Shown here one piece after another: positions 10,647 through 21,791 of a DNA stretch of 56,712 bases. The position numbers and the translations under genes were made by a program. Position 1 is the first letter of the stretch, and each line of letters begins with the position of its first letter. The notes below the pieces were generated by a model. That model did not search any database. It saw nothing but the letters and a program-made list of their open reading frames with translations, and had not been told where the DNA came from. The stretch is taken from sequence record SRR31156797_11293. The stretch is one strand, 5' to 3'.

Positions 10647-11816
10647 ATGGTTGAAAACGGTTTTTCCGAATTAAGAAGATTCGTTGCTCCCGAATTCATT
10701 TTCGGAACCGGGGCAGCCTCTCTGGTTGGGCAATATGCGGCTAACCTTTCCATCAAGAAACCTCTGGTGGTCACAGGACCACACCTCGAAGCTCTTGGCG
10801 TTTCTGGCCGAGTGATCGACAATCTCAAAAAAGAAAACATCTCCAGCGTCCTCTTTTCAGGCGTCACCCCCAATCCCAGGGACGGAGAAGTCATGGCCGG
10901 AGCCGAAATATTCCTGAAAAATGACTGTGATGCCATCGTGGCCGTGGGAGGAGGTTCTCCCATGGACTGCGCCAAGGCCATCGGCATTGTCTGTACCAAT
11001 GACCGCCATGTTCTTGACTTTGAAGGAGTTGACAACGTGGAGCGTCCCGGCCCGCCACTTATATGCATTCCCACAACGGCAGGAACCGCAGCGGACATCT
11101 CTCAATTTTGCATCATCAATGCCATTAAACGGAAGGTAAAAATAGCCATTGTTTCCAAAACAATGGTACCCGATGTAGCACTCATCGATCCGTTGTTAAC
11201 CATAACCATGGATGAGAATCTGACCGCTTACACCGGGCTGGACGCTCTGACACACGCGACCGAGGCTTATGTATCAAACGCCGCCTCAGCCATCACCGAT
11301 CTCAATGCGCTGGAAGCGGTCAGGCTGATTAAGTCCCACCTCTTGACAGCTATCAGAGAGCCGGACAATCTGGAAGCGCGGACAGGAATGATGCTTGCCT
11401 CAACCTACGCAGGCCTGGCCTTTTCAAATGCGATACTCGGCGCGGTTCACGCTATGGCCCACAGCCTGGGAGGCCTGCTGGATCTCCCACATGGCCTATG
11501 TAACGCAATTTTGCTGGATCACGTGGTAGAATACAATTTTGATGCAGCGTCAGATAAATATTTGAAGCTTGGAGAGGCCATAGGGGCTCAAAACCCACCA
11601 AATGCAACAAACAACGACATCAAAAGAAACACACTGGCAGCCTTCCGAAGCCTCAAACAGGCTGTCGGAGTATCCGACAACCTCTGCGAATTGGGGATGT
11701 CAGTTGAAGATATCCCACTTCTGGCAGAAAACACTCTTGCCGATGCCTGCATGCTGACCAACCCAAAACAACCCTCTGCCAATGAAATCATGGAAATCCT
11801 CAAAAAAGCCTGCTGA
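10647..11816 (+). CDS. ercA: Iron-containing alcohol dehydrogenase family protein, ErcA-like
   Basis: GGGSPMD, PTTAGT, DALTH, VHAMAH, PHGLCN. The N-terminal LRRFVAPEFIFG and the overlapping downstream kinase match the ErcA subfamily as I recall it. Confidence 0.8.
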   Translation: MVENGFSELRRFVAPEFIFGTGAASLVGQYAANLSIKKPLVVTGPHLEALGVSGRVIDNLKKENISSVLFSGVTPNPRDGEVMAGAEIFLKNDCDAIVAVGGGSPMDCAKAIGIVCTNDRHVLDFEGVDNVERPGPPLICIPTTAGTAADISQFCIINAIKRKVKIAIVSKTMVPDVALIDPLLTITMDENLTAYTGLDALTHATEAYVSNAASAITDLNALEAVRLIKSHLLTAIREPDNLEARTGMMLASTYAGLAFSNAILGAVHAMAHSLGGLLDLPHGLCNAILLDHVVEYNFDAASDKYLKLGEAIGAQNPPNATNNDIKRNTLAAFRSLKQAVGVSDNLCELGMSVEDIPLLAENTLADACMLTNPKQPSANEIMEILKKAC

Positions 11817-13089
11817 CAGAAATGCTGACCCGGCAAACGAGCGTGAAAAACTTATAGGGCTTGGCAAACGATCCATCAGCAAAAGCTATTACCCGGAACT
11901 CAAGACTCGACTTGAGGAGCTGGAACAATTTCGTGCTTTGCTCGATCGAGTCAACGACGCTATTTTCGTTGTAGATGCAGACACCGGTATCACTCTCGAT
12001 ATTTCTGGTTCAACCACCACCATGTTGGGCTGCGAAGCAGATGTCTTGGTAGGAAGCAATTTCAAAACCATCTTGCCGGAACATATCCAAAGGCACGCCA
12101 ATAATCTCTTCCACAACAAGACTCAAAAAATCACTCTGGAAACACAATTCAACCATCCAGACTGTCCAGACACCCCTCCGGTTCCTGTCGAACTAACTCT
12201 TCAACTTGTTTCACTTCAAGGCAAACGGCGGGCCATCATCATGGCCAGAGACATCAGTGAACGAAAATACAATGAAGAAAGACTCAAGAAAAGCCATGCT
12301 CAACTGGAAATACGAGTCCGAAAACGAACGCTTGAACTGAATCGCGCCAATCAGGCAAAATCAGAATTTTTGGCTATTGTTTCCCATGAGTTACGGACAC
12401 CGCTGACCTCAATACTCGGGTTTGCCAACATCATCCGCAAAAAATTAGTCAAGACGGTCTTCCCATCCGTAACCCCCAATGCCCCCGCCGCAGTTCACAA
12501 AGAAATTGAACGAGTAAAAAGGAATATTGACATCATAACTTCCGAAGGGAACCGACTGACCGACCTCATAAACGATGTCCTTGACCTAGCCAAACTGGAA
12601 GCAAACAAGGTGGAATTCAACTTCGCCCCCGTCAATCCGCAAGAATTCATTCATCGGTCTGTTGAAGCCACAGCCGGATTGTTCAAAGATACCAATTTGG
12701 TTCTTCTTCTCGAGCTGGAGCCAGATCTTCCCTCTATCAACGGAGATCTCAATAGATTGATTCAGGTGATGGTAAACCTCATCTCCAATGGGGTAAAATT
12801 CACCCCCAAAGGAAGCCTCACCTGCCGCGCACGGCATCTTAATGACACTATACGCATCAGCGTCACAGATACGGGCATCGGCATGCCTCAATCCACGCAG
12901 GACACCATTTTCGACAAATTCACCCAAGGGCACGACGGACTGGCCGAAAGGCCGAGAGGAACCGGGCTTGGCCTGTCCATATGTCGACATATCGTCGATG
13001 GTCACGGGGGGCACATCTGGGTCGAAAGCAGCTCGGACAAGGGAAGTAAATTCATTTTCACCCTACCCGTCTCCGATACAAATCAATAA
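11782..13089 (+). CDS. Soluble PAS histidine kinase, ErcS-like N-terminus
   Basis: N-terminal LIGLGKRSISKSYYPEL, PAS, SHELRTPLT, NLISNGVKFT, DTGIG, GTGLGL; no TM, no REC; overlaps the Fe-ADH gene by 35 nt. Confidence 0.88.
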   Translation: MKSWKSSKKPADRNADPANEREKLIGLGKRSISKSYYPELKTRLEELEQFRALLDRVNDAIFVVDADTGITLDISGSTTTMLGCEADVLVGSNFKTILPEHIQRHANNLFHNKTQKITLETQFNHPDCPDTPPVPVELTLQLVSLQGKRRAIIMARDISERKYNEERLKKSHAQLEIRVRKRTLELNRANQAKSEFLAIVSHELRTPLTSILGFANIIRKKLVKTVFPSVTPNAPAAVHKEIERVKRNIDIITSEGNRLTDLINDVLDLAKLEANKVEFNFAPVNPQEFIHRSVEATAGLFKDTNLVLLLELEPDLPSINGDLNRLIQVMVNLISNGVKFTPKGSLTCRARHLNDTIRISVTDTGIGMPQSTQDTIFDKFTQGHDGLAERPRGTGLGLSICRHIVDGHGGHIWVESSSDKGSKFIFTLPVSDTNQ

Positions 13090-13114
13090 AAAAAAGCCCA
13101 GACATGCTGGGCTT
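13088..13114 (-). terminator. Intrinsic terminator between convergent genes
   Basis: AAGCCCAG(13094-13101)/CTGGGCTT(13107-13114) stem with an A-run on the left. Confidence 0.7.
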
Positions 13115-13133
13115 CGTCGGTCAATTCATCAAT

Positions 13134-13901
13134 CTAAAATCGGAACAAATATCGTTTGGCTATTTTATTGTACGTTCCATCTTCGCGCATTTGCGTCAGA
13201 ATGTGTTCAAACTTACGAATAAGCATATCTTTTCCCTCTATATCAGTTGCTCGGGAAAGAACGGCATAGGAAGGCTTGTCGTCAATAATTTTCTTGGGAA
13301 GATACACAATGGAACTCGTCATCCCCATAGGCTTCAAGGTGTAGTAGGTCACATCCATATTTCCGACAAACCCGTCAACTTCACCTTCCAAAAGCCCTCT
13401 CACCGCATCGGAAATATCCGTGTATTCCTTGGTACCCATAATACCGCCCGACCGGGCCGCATTAAACTCATCCCCCAGAGAAACACCTGCTACCTTGCCT
13501 ATAATCTTTCCACGCAAATCTTCATACGTACGGAAAGAGAACTTACTGCCAACCTTGGTAAAAATCACGTAATCGCTCACATGGACCGGCACGGCATCCA
13601 TAAACATGGCATACTGTTCACGCTCAGGAGTCTTAAAAAAAGAGATAGCCCCATCGCACTCGCCACTTTTCACCATTGAAACAAGTGTTTCCCATGGTTT
13701 AAACTCTATTTTGAGATTAATATCCGCCCGTCGAGCCACCTCAGTCAGGACATCAACATCAATACCCGCAGGTTTTCCTTCGACTATCATCGAATAGGGA
13801 GCAAAGTCCCTGTCGGCAACGAACAGTAGCGCATCCGCAGCTTGAGCCGGAACAGTAAACATAATCAAGCTGCAAAGGACGAAAAGAAAAGTGAGTTTCA
13901 T
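13134..13901 (-). CDS. Extracellular solute-binding protein, family 3
   Basis: Signal peptide MKLTFLFVLCSLIMFTVPAQA; FAPYSM..GIDVDV, PWETL, TPERE, DGTYNKI; AGGAG RBS before ATG 13901. Confidence 0.88.
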   Translation of the reverse strand: MKLTFLFVLCSLIMFTVPAQAADALLFVADRDFAPYSMIVEGKPAGIDVDVLTEVARRADINLKIEFKPWETLVSMVKSGECDGAISFFKTPEREQYAMFMDAVPVHVSDYVIFTKVGSKFSFRTYEDLRGKIIGKVAGVSLGDEFNAARSGGIMGTKEYTDISDAVRGLLEGEVDGFVGNMDVTYYTLKPMGMTSSIVYLPKKIIDDKPSYAVLSRATDIEGKDMLIRKFEHILTQMREDGTYNKIAKRYLFRF

Positions 13902-14034
13902 CAAATATCTCCTGATAATTTTGAAGCATGTAACTGTAGCGTGTTCCCGGCTTCGGCACAAGGCGCCATGGACAGAGTAACAAAAGCCGTGGTAATTAAT
14001 TATCCCCTTTTAGATTCAGCCAAAGGACCACCGC

Positions 14035-17000
14035 GTGAGTTTGCCAAGCATATTGATCATTGACGCAGCCCCTGACTTCAAATCCAGGGTGGCTCAGCAT
14101 TTCCGTACATCCGGTCACACTCTCATTGAAGCGGCGGACCTATTCTCCGGTATGGCCCTATTCCATTCGGAACACCCCGATGTCATTCTGCTTGATCCAG
14201 CTCTCCCAGATACTCAGGATCTTGACGCACTGGTCCAACTGACTCGCTACCCTAAAAGCATCCCAATCATCATCTTGTCCTCAAATGGCAAAACAAAGGA
14301 TGTAGTCAAAGCACTCAAAAATGGGGCATGGGAATATGTGATCAAAGATGACACCGCTCTGGACGAATTGGACCGCATCCTGAACGATCTTCCACTCCAG
14401 CCAGAAGCAACGCCCGACACCCACGAGACTTTTCCTCCCGATTGGCAACAGCCATCCTTACAGGCCGTCATTGATGCCATCCCTAGCCAAATCTTCTACA
14501 AAGATCTTGATGGCAAATATATTGGCTGTAACCAAGCCTTTATCGACTATATAGGGCAGCCCAGGGAATCCATTATTGGCAAGCGTATTGAAGAGATCAG
14601 ACCAAAAGAAGAATCGTCCGTTTTTATTGACAAAGACAAACAACTCTTCGCGCACGGGGGATGCCAGGAATACGAAATGTCCCTCCCTCTCAACGGGGAA
14701 AAATGTCATATTCTCATTCGAAAAACCCTGCTCTTCGGCCCGGATAAAAAGCCCAGTGGCATTGTCGGTATGGCCACGGACATCACTCGACTCGTAGAAG
14801 CAAAAAAAGCCCAGAAAAAGAGTGATCAACGGTATCGACAAGTCTTCGAAGCCACAGGTTCTGCAACAATCCTCGTCGACGAAGATACGACTATTTTAAA
14901 AGCCAACAAACAATTTGCCGAACTGTACGGACGAGAGCGGAAAGACATTGAAGGTGTTATGTCCCTGACAGAATTTGTCGCGCCAGAAGATCGGGAACGC
15001 GTCTTGAAGCACCATCTCAATAGACGAAATCCGAACATGAAAGCCCCCTCCTCCTATGAACTTCACTTCATCAAATCTTCCGGTGAAATCCGCCATATAC
15101 ATATTCAGGTAACCATGCTGGACGATGGTCCTCAGTCCATCGCGTCCATAATCGACATTACCGAACTCAAAAGATCAGAAAACATGCTCAGAATGGCGCT
15201 GGGTGAGATGCAGGTTATTCAGCAGAATTCACTTGTGGGCATGGGAATGTTCCGCAACGGCACAATCCAACGCATCAACGAACGTGCGGAAGAAATTTTT
15301 GGAGTTCAAAGAAATGACCTCCTTCATACTGACGGATCACATCTGTTCAGATCACGCAGGCAGTATCAAAGTTTCCGCAGGCGGATTCAGGCCGCCCTGC
15401 TTGCCGAAGGTGAATACCTTGCGGAACACCAGTTCATCCGTTCGGATGGCATCATGTTACGCATCACCCTGTTCATTCGGGCTGTAGACAAAGACAACCT
15501 CGATCAGGGTATTAGCTGGACCGTCGTGGACATCACCAAACGTCGATACACGGAAGCGGTCACACATCTTCTCTACCGCATATCCAACACGGTCAGCACC
15601 ACTTCTGATCTTGATGAATTGTATGGACGGATTCATGCCATCCTCAATGAACATATAGCTGCGAAAAATTTCTTTATCGGCTTGTTGGATTCAAGTCGTC
15701 GCCACCTAAAATTCACGTATTTCAAAGATGAAAAAGATGACTTCATGGGCAAAGTTTTCGACATCAGCGACACCAATATCACCAGCCTGAGCGTGGAAGT
15801 CATTAAAACAGGTAAGCCCTTGCTGGTCAGCAAAAAGGGCCCATCAGGCAGAAACACGGCCAAACGCGATGCAATATATATGGACCGCAAGGATTTCCTG
15901 CGCATGAAAGGTATTGACGAAAAAAAAATGATAGGAAGTTCTGCGCAAGCCTGGCTCGGCGCCCCCCTCAAGATCAAAGGGGAAGTCGTCGGTGTCATGG
16001 CTGTTCAATCATACACCAACCCTCACCAATTTTCTGGCTGGGATGTGGATATGTTAACCTCTGTATCCGAACAAATAGCCTTGGCCATCGAACGGAAAGA
16101 ATTCGAACAGGATCTCAAACTGGCAAAAGAACAGGCTGAAGCCGCCAACCAATCCAAGAGCGAATTTTTGGCAAACATGAGCCACGAAATACGAACACCC
16201 TTGAATGGGGTGTTGGGCATGTTGCAACTGGCCCAACGAACCGAGATGACCATAGAACAAGCAGATTATGTAGACACGGCCATCTCATCAGGAAGAAGTC
16301 TGCTCTCGATCATCAACGACATTCTCGACTTCTCCAAAATCGAAGCTGGCAAAATGGAAGTACTGACGGAACCCTTCTCTGTTGAAGGCCTGGTTCAGGA
16401 CGTGTTGTCTCCATTCATACCTCAAGCTTCAAGCAAGGGGTTGAACCTATCAGCTCACATCGATCAGGCTGTCCCCCCCATGGTCATTGGCGGCAAAAGT
16501 CGTCTGAAGCAAATTCTTTTCAATCTGATCGGAAACGGCATCAAGTTCACGACTGAAGGAAAAGTTGAGGTACGTGTGAAAAGTCTCAGTCGGGATGAAA
16601 AAGCCGGGACAACAAGTCTCCTATTTTCGGTTGAAGATACCGGCATCGGCATCCCAAATCACATGCTCGATACTATATTTGAACCGTTCACCCAAGTTGA
16701 TGGTTCATTCGTGCGTCGACATCAGGGAACCGGGCTAGGGCTTGGCATCGTTAAACGGCTGGTTTCCCTTCTGGGAGGTCAGTTAACAGTGGACAGCACG
16801 CACGGGAGGGGGACCTCCATCCACTTGATACTCAACTTCCTGATCGAACCGGGTGACCTCATGCCCGACCACACACTTCGACCAGCAACGAAATCCCTGA
16901 AGGACGGCCTCACGTTGCTTGTCGTGGAAGACAACCGGATCAACAGGCTTATGGCGACACGAATGTTCGGCAAGATGGGACATATGTCTGAAACGGCATG

Positions 17001-17283
17001 CAATGGTCAGGAAGCCATAGACAGACTGAAAGAACGTAAATTTGACGCCGTGTTCATGGATATCCAAATGCCTGACATGGACGGTGTACAAGCCACAGAA
17101 ATCATCCGTAACTCCCAACCGGGGTCCGCCCTGAACCCATATGTCCCGATCATCGCGATGACAGCCCACGCCATGGTCGGTGACAGAGAAATGTTTCTCA
17201 GCAGCGGAATGACCGACTACATTGCCAAACCCGTCAACCTGGACGAAGTCGAACAGGTTTTAAATCGTCTCTTCCAAGCATGA
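14035..17283 (+). CDS. Soluble hybrid histidine kinase (REC-PAS-PAS-PAS-GAF-HisKA/HATPase-REC)
   Basis: N-terminal REC-like domain (ILLD..YVIK), PAS repeats ending [37 protein letters not shown]-terminal REC FMDIQMP; no TM; GTG start. Confidence 0.92.
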   Translation: MSLPSILIIDAAPDFKSRVAQHFRTSGHTLIEAADLFSGMALFHSEHPDVILLDPALPDTQDLDALVQLTRYPKSIPIIILSSNGKTKDVVKALKNGAWEYVIKDDTALDELDRILNDLPLQPEATPDTHETFPPDWQQPSLQAVIDAIPSQIFYKDLDGKYIGCNQAFIDYIGQPRESIIGKRIEEIRPKEESSVFIDKDKQLFAHGGCQEYEMSLPLNGEKCHILIRKTLLFGPDKKPSGIVGMATDITRLVEAKKAQKKSDQRYRQVFEATGSATILVDEDTTILKANKQFAELYGRERKDIEGVMSLTEFVAPEDRERVLKHHLNRRNPNMKAPSSYELHFIKSSGEIRHIHIQVTMLDDGPQSIASIIDITELKRSENMLRMALGEMQVIQQNSLVGMGMFRNGTIQRINERAEEIFGVQRNDLLHTDGSHLFRSRRQYQSFRRRIQAALLAEGEYLAEHQFIRSDGIMLRITLFIRAVDKDNLDQGISWTVVDITKRRYTEAVTHLLYRISNTVSTTSDLDELYGRIHAILNEHIAAKNFFIGLLDSSRRHLKFTYFKDEKDDFMGKVFDISDTNITSLSVEVIKTGKPLLVSKKGPSGRNTAKRDAIYMDRKDFLRMKGIDEKKMIGSSAQAWLGAPLKIKGEVVGVMAVQSYTNPHQFSGWDVDMLTSVSEQIALAIERKEFEQDLKLAKEQAEAANQSKSEFLANMSHEIRTPLNGVLGMLQLAQRTEMTIEQADYVDTAISSGRSLLSIINDILDFSKIEAGKMEVLTEPFSVEGLVQDVLSPFIPQASSKGLNLSAHIDQAVPPMVIGGKSRLKQILFNLIGNGIKFTTEGKVEVRVKSLSRDEKAGTTSLLFSVEDTGIGIPNHMLDTIFEPFTQVDGSFVRRHQGTGLGLGIVKRLVSLLGGQLTVDSTHGRGTSIHLILNFLIEPGDLMPDHTLRPATKSLKDGLTLLVVEDNRINRLMATRMFGKMGHMSETACNGQEAIDRLKERKFDAVFMDIQMPDMDGVQATEIIRNSQPGSALNPYVPIIAMTAHAMVGDREMFLSSGMTDYIAKPVNLDEVEQVLNRLFQA

Positions 17284-17334
17284 TAACGAGTTAGAGAAAA
17301 ATCAAACTTCATATAGACTCAAGCATCGTTCTAT

Positions 17335-17353
17335 ATGTCTATTGTATAGACAT
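17335..17353. promoter_or_regulatory. Palindromic candidate operator
   Basis: Perfect 8-bp arms ATGTCTAT-TGT-ATAGACAT, ~50 bp upstream of the HD-GYP start; AT-rich. Confidence 0.4.
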
Positions 17354-17405
17354 TTTCTCGATTTTCCCTAGCATTTGATCCGCTCTTATTATATGAAACG
17401 GGGAA

Positions 17406-18386
17406 ATGGGTACAAACACCAGTGCCGCTCGGCCGGTATCCTACTTTCCCGTCCCTCCGGTTATGATCTTCCCGGAAGTGCTAGGGGAATTCTCCGTCTA
17501 CCTCTGGCAGGGTGGGGACTTTGTGCTTTACACAGCCTCAGGCCAGAAATTTACCTCCCGTCATCGTCAAGTTCTGTACAAGAACGGCATCAAGGAAATC
17601 TACATTCAGGGTGCTGAAAAACCTCAGTACGAAAAATACATTGAACGGAATCTCGGTAAAATCCTTCAGGATGAAAAACTCCCCATTGAAGCCCGTACCA
17701 AGATTTTCTATGAAGCTGCCAACGTGGTCATGCAAAACGTCTTTGACCGCAAACTTCCAAGCGCTCTCCGGGCCAGACATTTTGATCGCATCGCAGATGT
17801 GGTTAAAAATTCCATAAAATTCCTGGCTGCGGACAACTCCCTGTCCTCAGTGGCACCGTTCATTTCCCACGACTACAAGACCTACACGCACTGCATGCAG
17901 GTCTTTATCTATTCTGTGGCCCTATTCCAGACCTATGAAATGAATGATCATGAAGTCTTTGAATTCGGACTGGGCGCACTCCTGCACGACGTAGGCAAAG
18001 CCAAAATCCCCAAACGGATTCTCAACAAACGCGGCCCACTGACTCAGGCTGAACGTGAAATCATCAAAGAACACCCGGTTCACGGCGTGTCTATGTGCGC
18101 GCATTTGCCCATGACGCAGAATACCATCAACTGCATTCTCTTCCATCATGAAACCATGGATGGCAAAGGCTACCCTTCCGGCATCAAGGGAGATAATGTC
18201 CCTATGCCCGTCCGTATCATTACACTGGCAGACATCTACGACGCCCTGACGACCAACCGCCCTTATGCCGAAGCCATGCAGCCCTATGAAGCCCTTTCGC
18301 TCATCAGAAATGAAATGCGGGAGAATGTGGACATGAAGGTCTTCAAACGTTTCGTGGCAATTCTCAGCGGCGCAGACATGATTTAA
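17406..18386 (+). CDS. HD-GYP domain phosphodiesterase
   Basis: TYTHC, LHDVGK, HPVHG, HHETMDGKGYP, ADIYDALTTNRPY. Confidence 0.92.
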   Translation: MGTNTSAARPVSYFPVPPVMIFPEVLGEFSVYLWQGGDFVLYTASGQKFTSRHRQVLYKNGIKEIYIQGAEKPQYEKYIERNLGKILQDEKLPIEARTKIFYEAANVVMQNVFDRKLPSALRARHFDRIADVVKNSIKFLAADNSLSSVAPFISHDYKTYTHCMQVFIYSVALFQTYEMNDHEVFEFGLGALLHDVGKAKIPKRILNKRGPLTQAEREIIKEHPVHGVSMCAHLPMTQNTINCILFHHETMDGKGYPSGIKGDNVPMPVRIITLADIYDALTTNRPYAEAMQPYEALSLIRNEMRENVDMKVFKRFVAILSGADMI

Positions 18387-18504
18387 CCTCTGGTTCAATT
18401 CCGTCAGCCCTCCTATCTCCAGCGACATGAAGCCGTAACCGTTATATTCGGATACGCTTGGTGTTCAGATTGACAATTTCTCAAAACAGGGTGAATCCGG
18501 TGGC

Positions 18505-19551
18505 ATGAAAGCGATGGACAAAACCATTAAACACACACTGGCCGACCTGCTGAACCGCCCTCTCTCCATTGGAGGCAAGAAGATAGCCAACCGACTCTGG
18601 CTCGCTCCGCTGGCCGGACTGGGGCATGTGGCCTATCGTAAGGTGCTGGAAAGTTACGGTGGATGCGGCCTGACATTCACGGAAATGTGCAGCGCCAAGG
18701 GGGTTCCGACTGAAAAGCCCTCGGTTTCCACCATGTTCAGTTGGCGCGAAGAAGAACTCGACCATCTTGTCTGCCAAATATTCGGGGCGACCCCGGAAGA
18801 GATGGCTCCTGCGGCCCGACGAATTGAAAACGAAGGGTTTTTCGGGGTGGACATCAACATGGGTTGCTCGGTGTCAGGTATCGTCAAACGCAATGCTGGA
18901 GCCGCCCTTCTCAAAGATCCTGACGCGGCATTGGCTGCCGTGAAAAGTGTGCGTCAGGCCGTCTCCATCCCTGTTTTCGTCAAGTTTCGCACGGGCTGGA
19001 CCCCTGATATCGGCCCTGCCGTGAAATTGGCACAACAATTCGAAGCAGAAGGCGTTGACTGTCTGGTTTTTCACCCCCGCGTAGCGCCGGACAAACGCAC
19101 CAAGCCACCGGTACTAGACCATATTAAAGCCATCACAGAAGCCGTATCCATTCCGGTCTTTGGCAACGGTGATGTGGTCACTCCAGAGGATTGCCTGAAA
19201 ATGCTTGAAACAACTGGTTGTGCGGGTGTTTCTGTTGGACGCATGGCCATAGCTCGACCGTGGCTTTTTGCCGAATGGACTGCGGGATACGCACCGACAG
19301 AAACCTGTTTTCGCGACTATGCCTTCCAATTGGCCGATGCTCTAGATCAACACTTTGATGAAGTACATGCCCTCAAACGATACAAATTGTTTACTATCTA
19401 TTTCGCAGCGAACTTCACCTTCGGGCACAGTTTACAATCCAAATTTCTGGGCGCAAAATCCATGAAAGACATACGAAATGTCATACAAAAGTACGTCAAA
19501 ACAGACATGCGACTCACTAAACGGCCAAATATGAACATCTACAGCATCTGA
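18505..19551 (+). CDS. dusB: tRNA-dihydrouridine synthase family protein
   Basis: LAPLAG, FTEM, CQIFG, DINMGC (catalytic Cys), VKFRTGW, FGNGDV, VGR..PWLF. Start could be 18505 or 18514. Confidence 0.85.
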   Translation: MKAMDKTIKHTLADLLNRPLSIGGKKIANRLWLAPLAGLGHVAYRKVLESYGGCGLTFTEMCSAKGVPTEKPSVSTMFSWREEELDHLVCQIFGATPEEMAPAARRIENEGFFGVDINMGCSVSGIVKRNAGAALLKDPDAALAAVKSVRQAVSIPVFVKFRTGWTPDIGPAVKLAQQFEAEGVDCLVFHPRVAPDKRTKPPVLDHIKAITEAVSIPVFGNGDVVTPEDCLKMLETTGCAGVSVGRMAIARPWLFAEWTAGYAPTETCFRDYAFQLADALDQHFDEVHALKRYKLFTIYFAANFTFGHSLQSKFLGAKSMKDIRNVIQKYVKTDMRLTKRPNMNIYSI

Positions 19552-19561
19552 CGAGGGTTCC

Positions 19562-20197
19562 ATGAACGTTATCGATCTGAGCCACATCATCCATACCGGT
19601 ATGCCGGTTTTCCCCGGCGACGAATCCGCCAATCTGCGACGGACCCATTTCGTCAACAAGGACGGATTCGCCCAGACAATGCTAACAATGAGTTCACACA
19701 CTGGCACACATCTCGATACAGCGGCTCATCTTTTTGCTGACGCGCCCGGCCTTGATTGGTTAGGCCCGAACAATTTTGCAGGATGGGGAGCAGTGGTGAA
19801 TCTGACTGAATTGCGTACACCACTTATCGAACCCACAGACCTCAGCATTCTCTCTGACATGGAAGGGCTGGATTTCGTCATTCTGCGAACAGGCTGGGAT
19901 GCCCATTGGAAAACGGACCGTTATTATGCCGATTTTCCTGCCCTTTCAGAGACATCCGCTCGTTTCATCGGAGGGCTGGGACTCAAGGGAATTGGCATGG
20001 ACACACCATCGCCTGACCCGGTGGACTCAAGGACGTTACCGGCGCACATCGCCTTGCTGGATCACGGGCTTGTTATTGTCGAGAACCTAACCAATGTCGG
20101 GGAATTGCCGGATGAAGGGTTCATCTTTTGCTGTCTGCCGTTGCGGCTCAAGGATGGTGAAGGGTCACCCGTCCGCGCTGTAGGGATTACTTTTTAA
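19562..20197 (+). CDS. Cyclase-family metal-dependent hydrolase (kynurenine formamidase-like)
   Basis: DLSH..MPVFPGD, HTGTHLD..H, LRTGW, GMDTPSPD, VENL, GSPVRA. Confidence 0.9.
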   Translation: MNVIDLSHIIHTGMPVFPGDESANLRRTHFVNKDGFAQTMLTMSSHTGTHLDTAAHLFADAPGLDWLGPNNFAGWGAVVNLTELRTPLIEPTDLSILSDMEGLDFVILRTGWDAHWKTDRYYADFPALSETSARFIGGLGLKGIGMDTPSPDPVDSRTLPAHIALLDHGLVIVENLTNVGELPDEGFIFCCLPLRLKDGEGSPVRAVGITF

Positions 20198-20269
20198 AAA
20201 TCTCCCACAGCCCCCATTCTCTCCTTTTCCTCAACTTTTATTAAACGCTTCGCTCGAATATTCAATTAA

Positions 20270-20875
20270 TTAAAGAGCGAGTTCTTTGGCGAGGACTTCG
20301 GCTTGGCGGAGATCGTCGGGGCTGTTGACGTTGAAAAATGAAATCTGGTCGGGGTCGCCTTCTCTGAGTTGGGCAATAGGGACTTCTTTGACTTTTACTT
20401 TATCAAAGAAGCCAATAATCCGATAATTCTCGGTTTCAAGTTGAGCTTCGATAAATGGAAGGCAACGTTTGGAATATACGGCGCACAGTGGTTCCCTGTA
20501 GCCATCTTCCTTGAGAGGAATGACGACATCAGCATCAGAAGTAACTTCCGCGAGCAGTCGTTTGACCAACCCTCCCTGAACAAAAGGCGCATCGCAGGCG
20601 GAAAAAAAACCATACTCCGCCTGCATGTCGTGCAATCCGGCATGAATCCCTGTCAAAGAACTACGGGCTTCAAATCGATCTTTGGCAACAGGGAGACCGT
20701 ATTGAAGAAAATCCTCCCGATCTCGCGCCGAAATCACTATTTCATGAAACAATGGGCAGTAGACCGAAAGCAATCGATCAAGAATAGTTTTGCCACCAAT
20801 TTCCAAAAATGCTTTTTTCACATGCCCCATGCGGGTGCCAAGCCCACCGGCCAGTATTATGCCTGCGATATTCAT
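20270..20875 (-). CDS. mobA: Molybdenum cofactor guanylyltransferase
   Basis: GIILAGGLGTRMG..K, LTGIHAGL, ACDAPF, EPLCAVY, FFNVNSPDDL; start set at MNIAG (20875). Confidence 0.9.
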   Translation of the reverse strand: MNIAGIILAGGLGTRMGHVKKAFLEIGGKTILDRLLSVYCPLFHEIVISARDREDFLQYGLPVAKDRFEARSSLTGIHAGLHDMQAEYGFFSACDAPFVQGGLVKRLLAEVTSDADVVIPLKEDGYREPLCAVYSKRCLPFIEAQLETENYRIIGFFDKVKVKEVPIAQLREGDPDQISFFNVNSPDDLRQAEVLAKELAL

Positions 20876-20948
20876 AGCCGCAGGATAAATCAAGCCGGAG
20901 CAAATGGAAAGAGTCCACAAAGTCGCCCTGCCTGTGTATACTGCCGCC

Positions 20949-21791
20949 ATGTGGACAGCTTTTAAAATTTTCGCTTTTCTCTGCCTGTGCTATGCAGCCG
21001 TCGTCGTCTGGATGTATTTCTCCCAGCGTAAAATGCTCTATTATCCTAAGCAAGAGATGACATCCTCTCCCAATGACATCGGCCTGATGCACGAGGATAT
21101 CTGGATGATCAACCGACTAGGTACACGTATTCACGGATGGTGGGTGCCTCATACCGCACCCCGCTTTACCGTACTTTTTTCTCATGGCAATGGCGGTAAC
21201 CTCTCTCACCGATTGGATACTCTGCGCATCTTTCATGATCTTGGGCTCAACGTCTTCGCCTATGACTATTCAGGCTACGGTCAAAGTCTGGACGATCCCA
21301 GCGAAGAAGCCACAGCAGCCGATGCCCATGCTGCCTGGGACTGGCTTATTCAGGAACAAAAAATTGCACCGGAATCCATTATTCTTGTTGGACGAAGTCT
21401 TGGAGGTGCTGTGACAGCATCTCTGGCCGCTGAGTTGGCAAACGACTCCCAAACTCCCGCAGGGCTTATCATGGAATCAACCTTCACTTCGGTGCCGGAT
21501 ATGGGGGCATACATGTATCCATGGCTACCGGTACGTCTTCTTGCACGGTATCAATATGATAGTGCCACCAACCTCATAGGCCTTAATTTACCCGTTTTGT
21601 TCCTGCACAGCCCTGATGACGATATAGTCCCATATGCGTTGGGCCAAAGACTCTACAATGACTATCAGGGCCCAAAATCGTTTATAGAACTGGCAGGAGA
21701 TCATAATTCAGGGTTTCTCACCTCTGGCGCACGCTACCCTGAAGGATTGACCCACTTCCTCTCGTCCCTTGAAAAGAATTCCGACCAATGA
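20949..21791 (+). CDS. Membrane-anchored alpha/beta hydrolase
   Basis: N-terminal TM, HGNGGN, YDYSGYG, GRSLG (nucleophile), HSPDDDIVP, GDHN. Confidence 0.9.
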   Translation: MWTAFKIFAFLCLCYAAVVVWMYFSQRKMLYYPKQEMTSSPNDIGLMHEDIWMINRLGTRIHGWWVPHTAPRFTVLFSHGNGGNLSHRLDTLRIFHDLGLNVFAYDYSGYGQSLDDPSEEATAADAHAAWDWLIQEQKIAPESIILVGRSLGGAVTASLAAELANDSQTPAGLIMESTFTSVPDMGAYMYPWLPVRLLARYQYDSATNLIGLNLPVLFLHSPDDDIVPYALGQRLYNDYQGPKSFIELAGDHNSGFLTSGARYPEGLTHFLSSLEKNSDQ

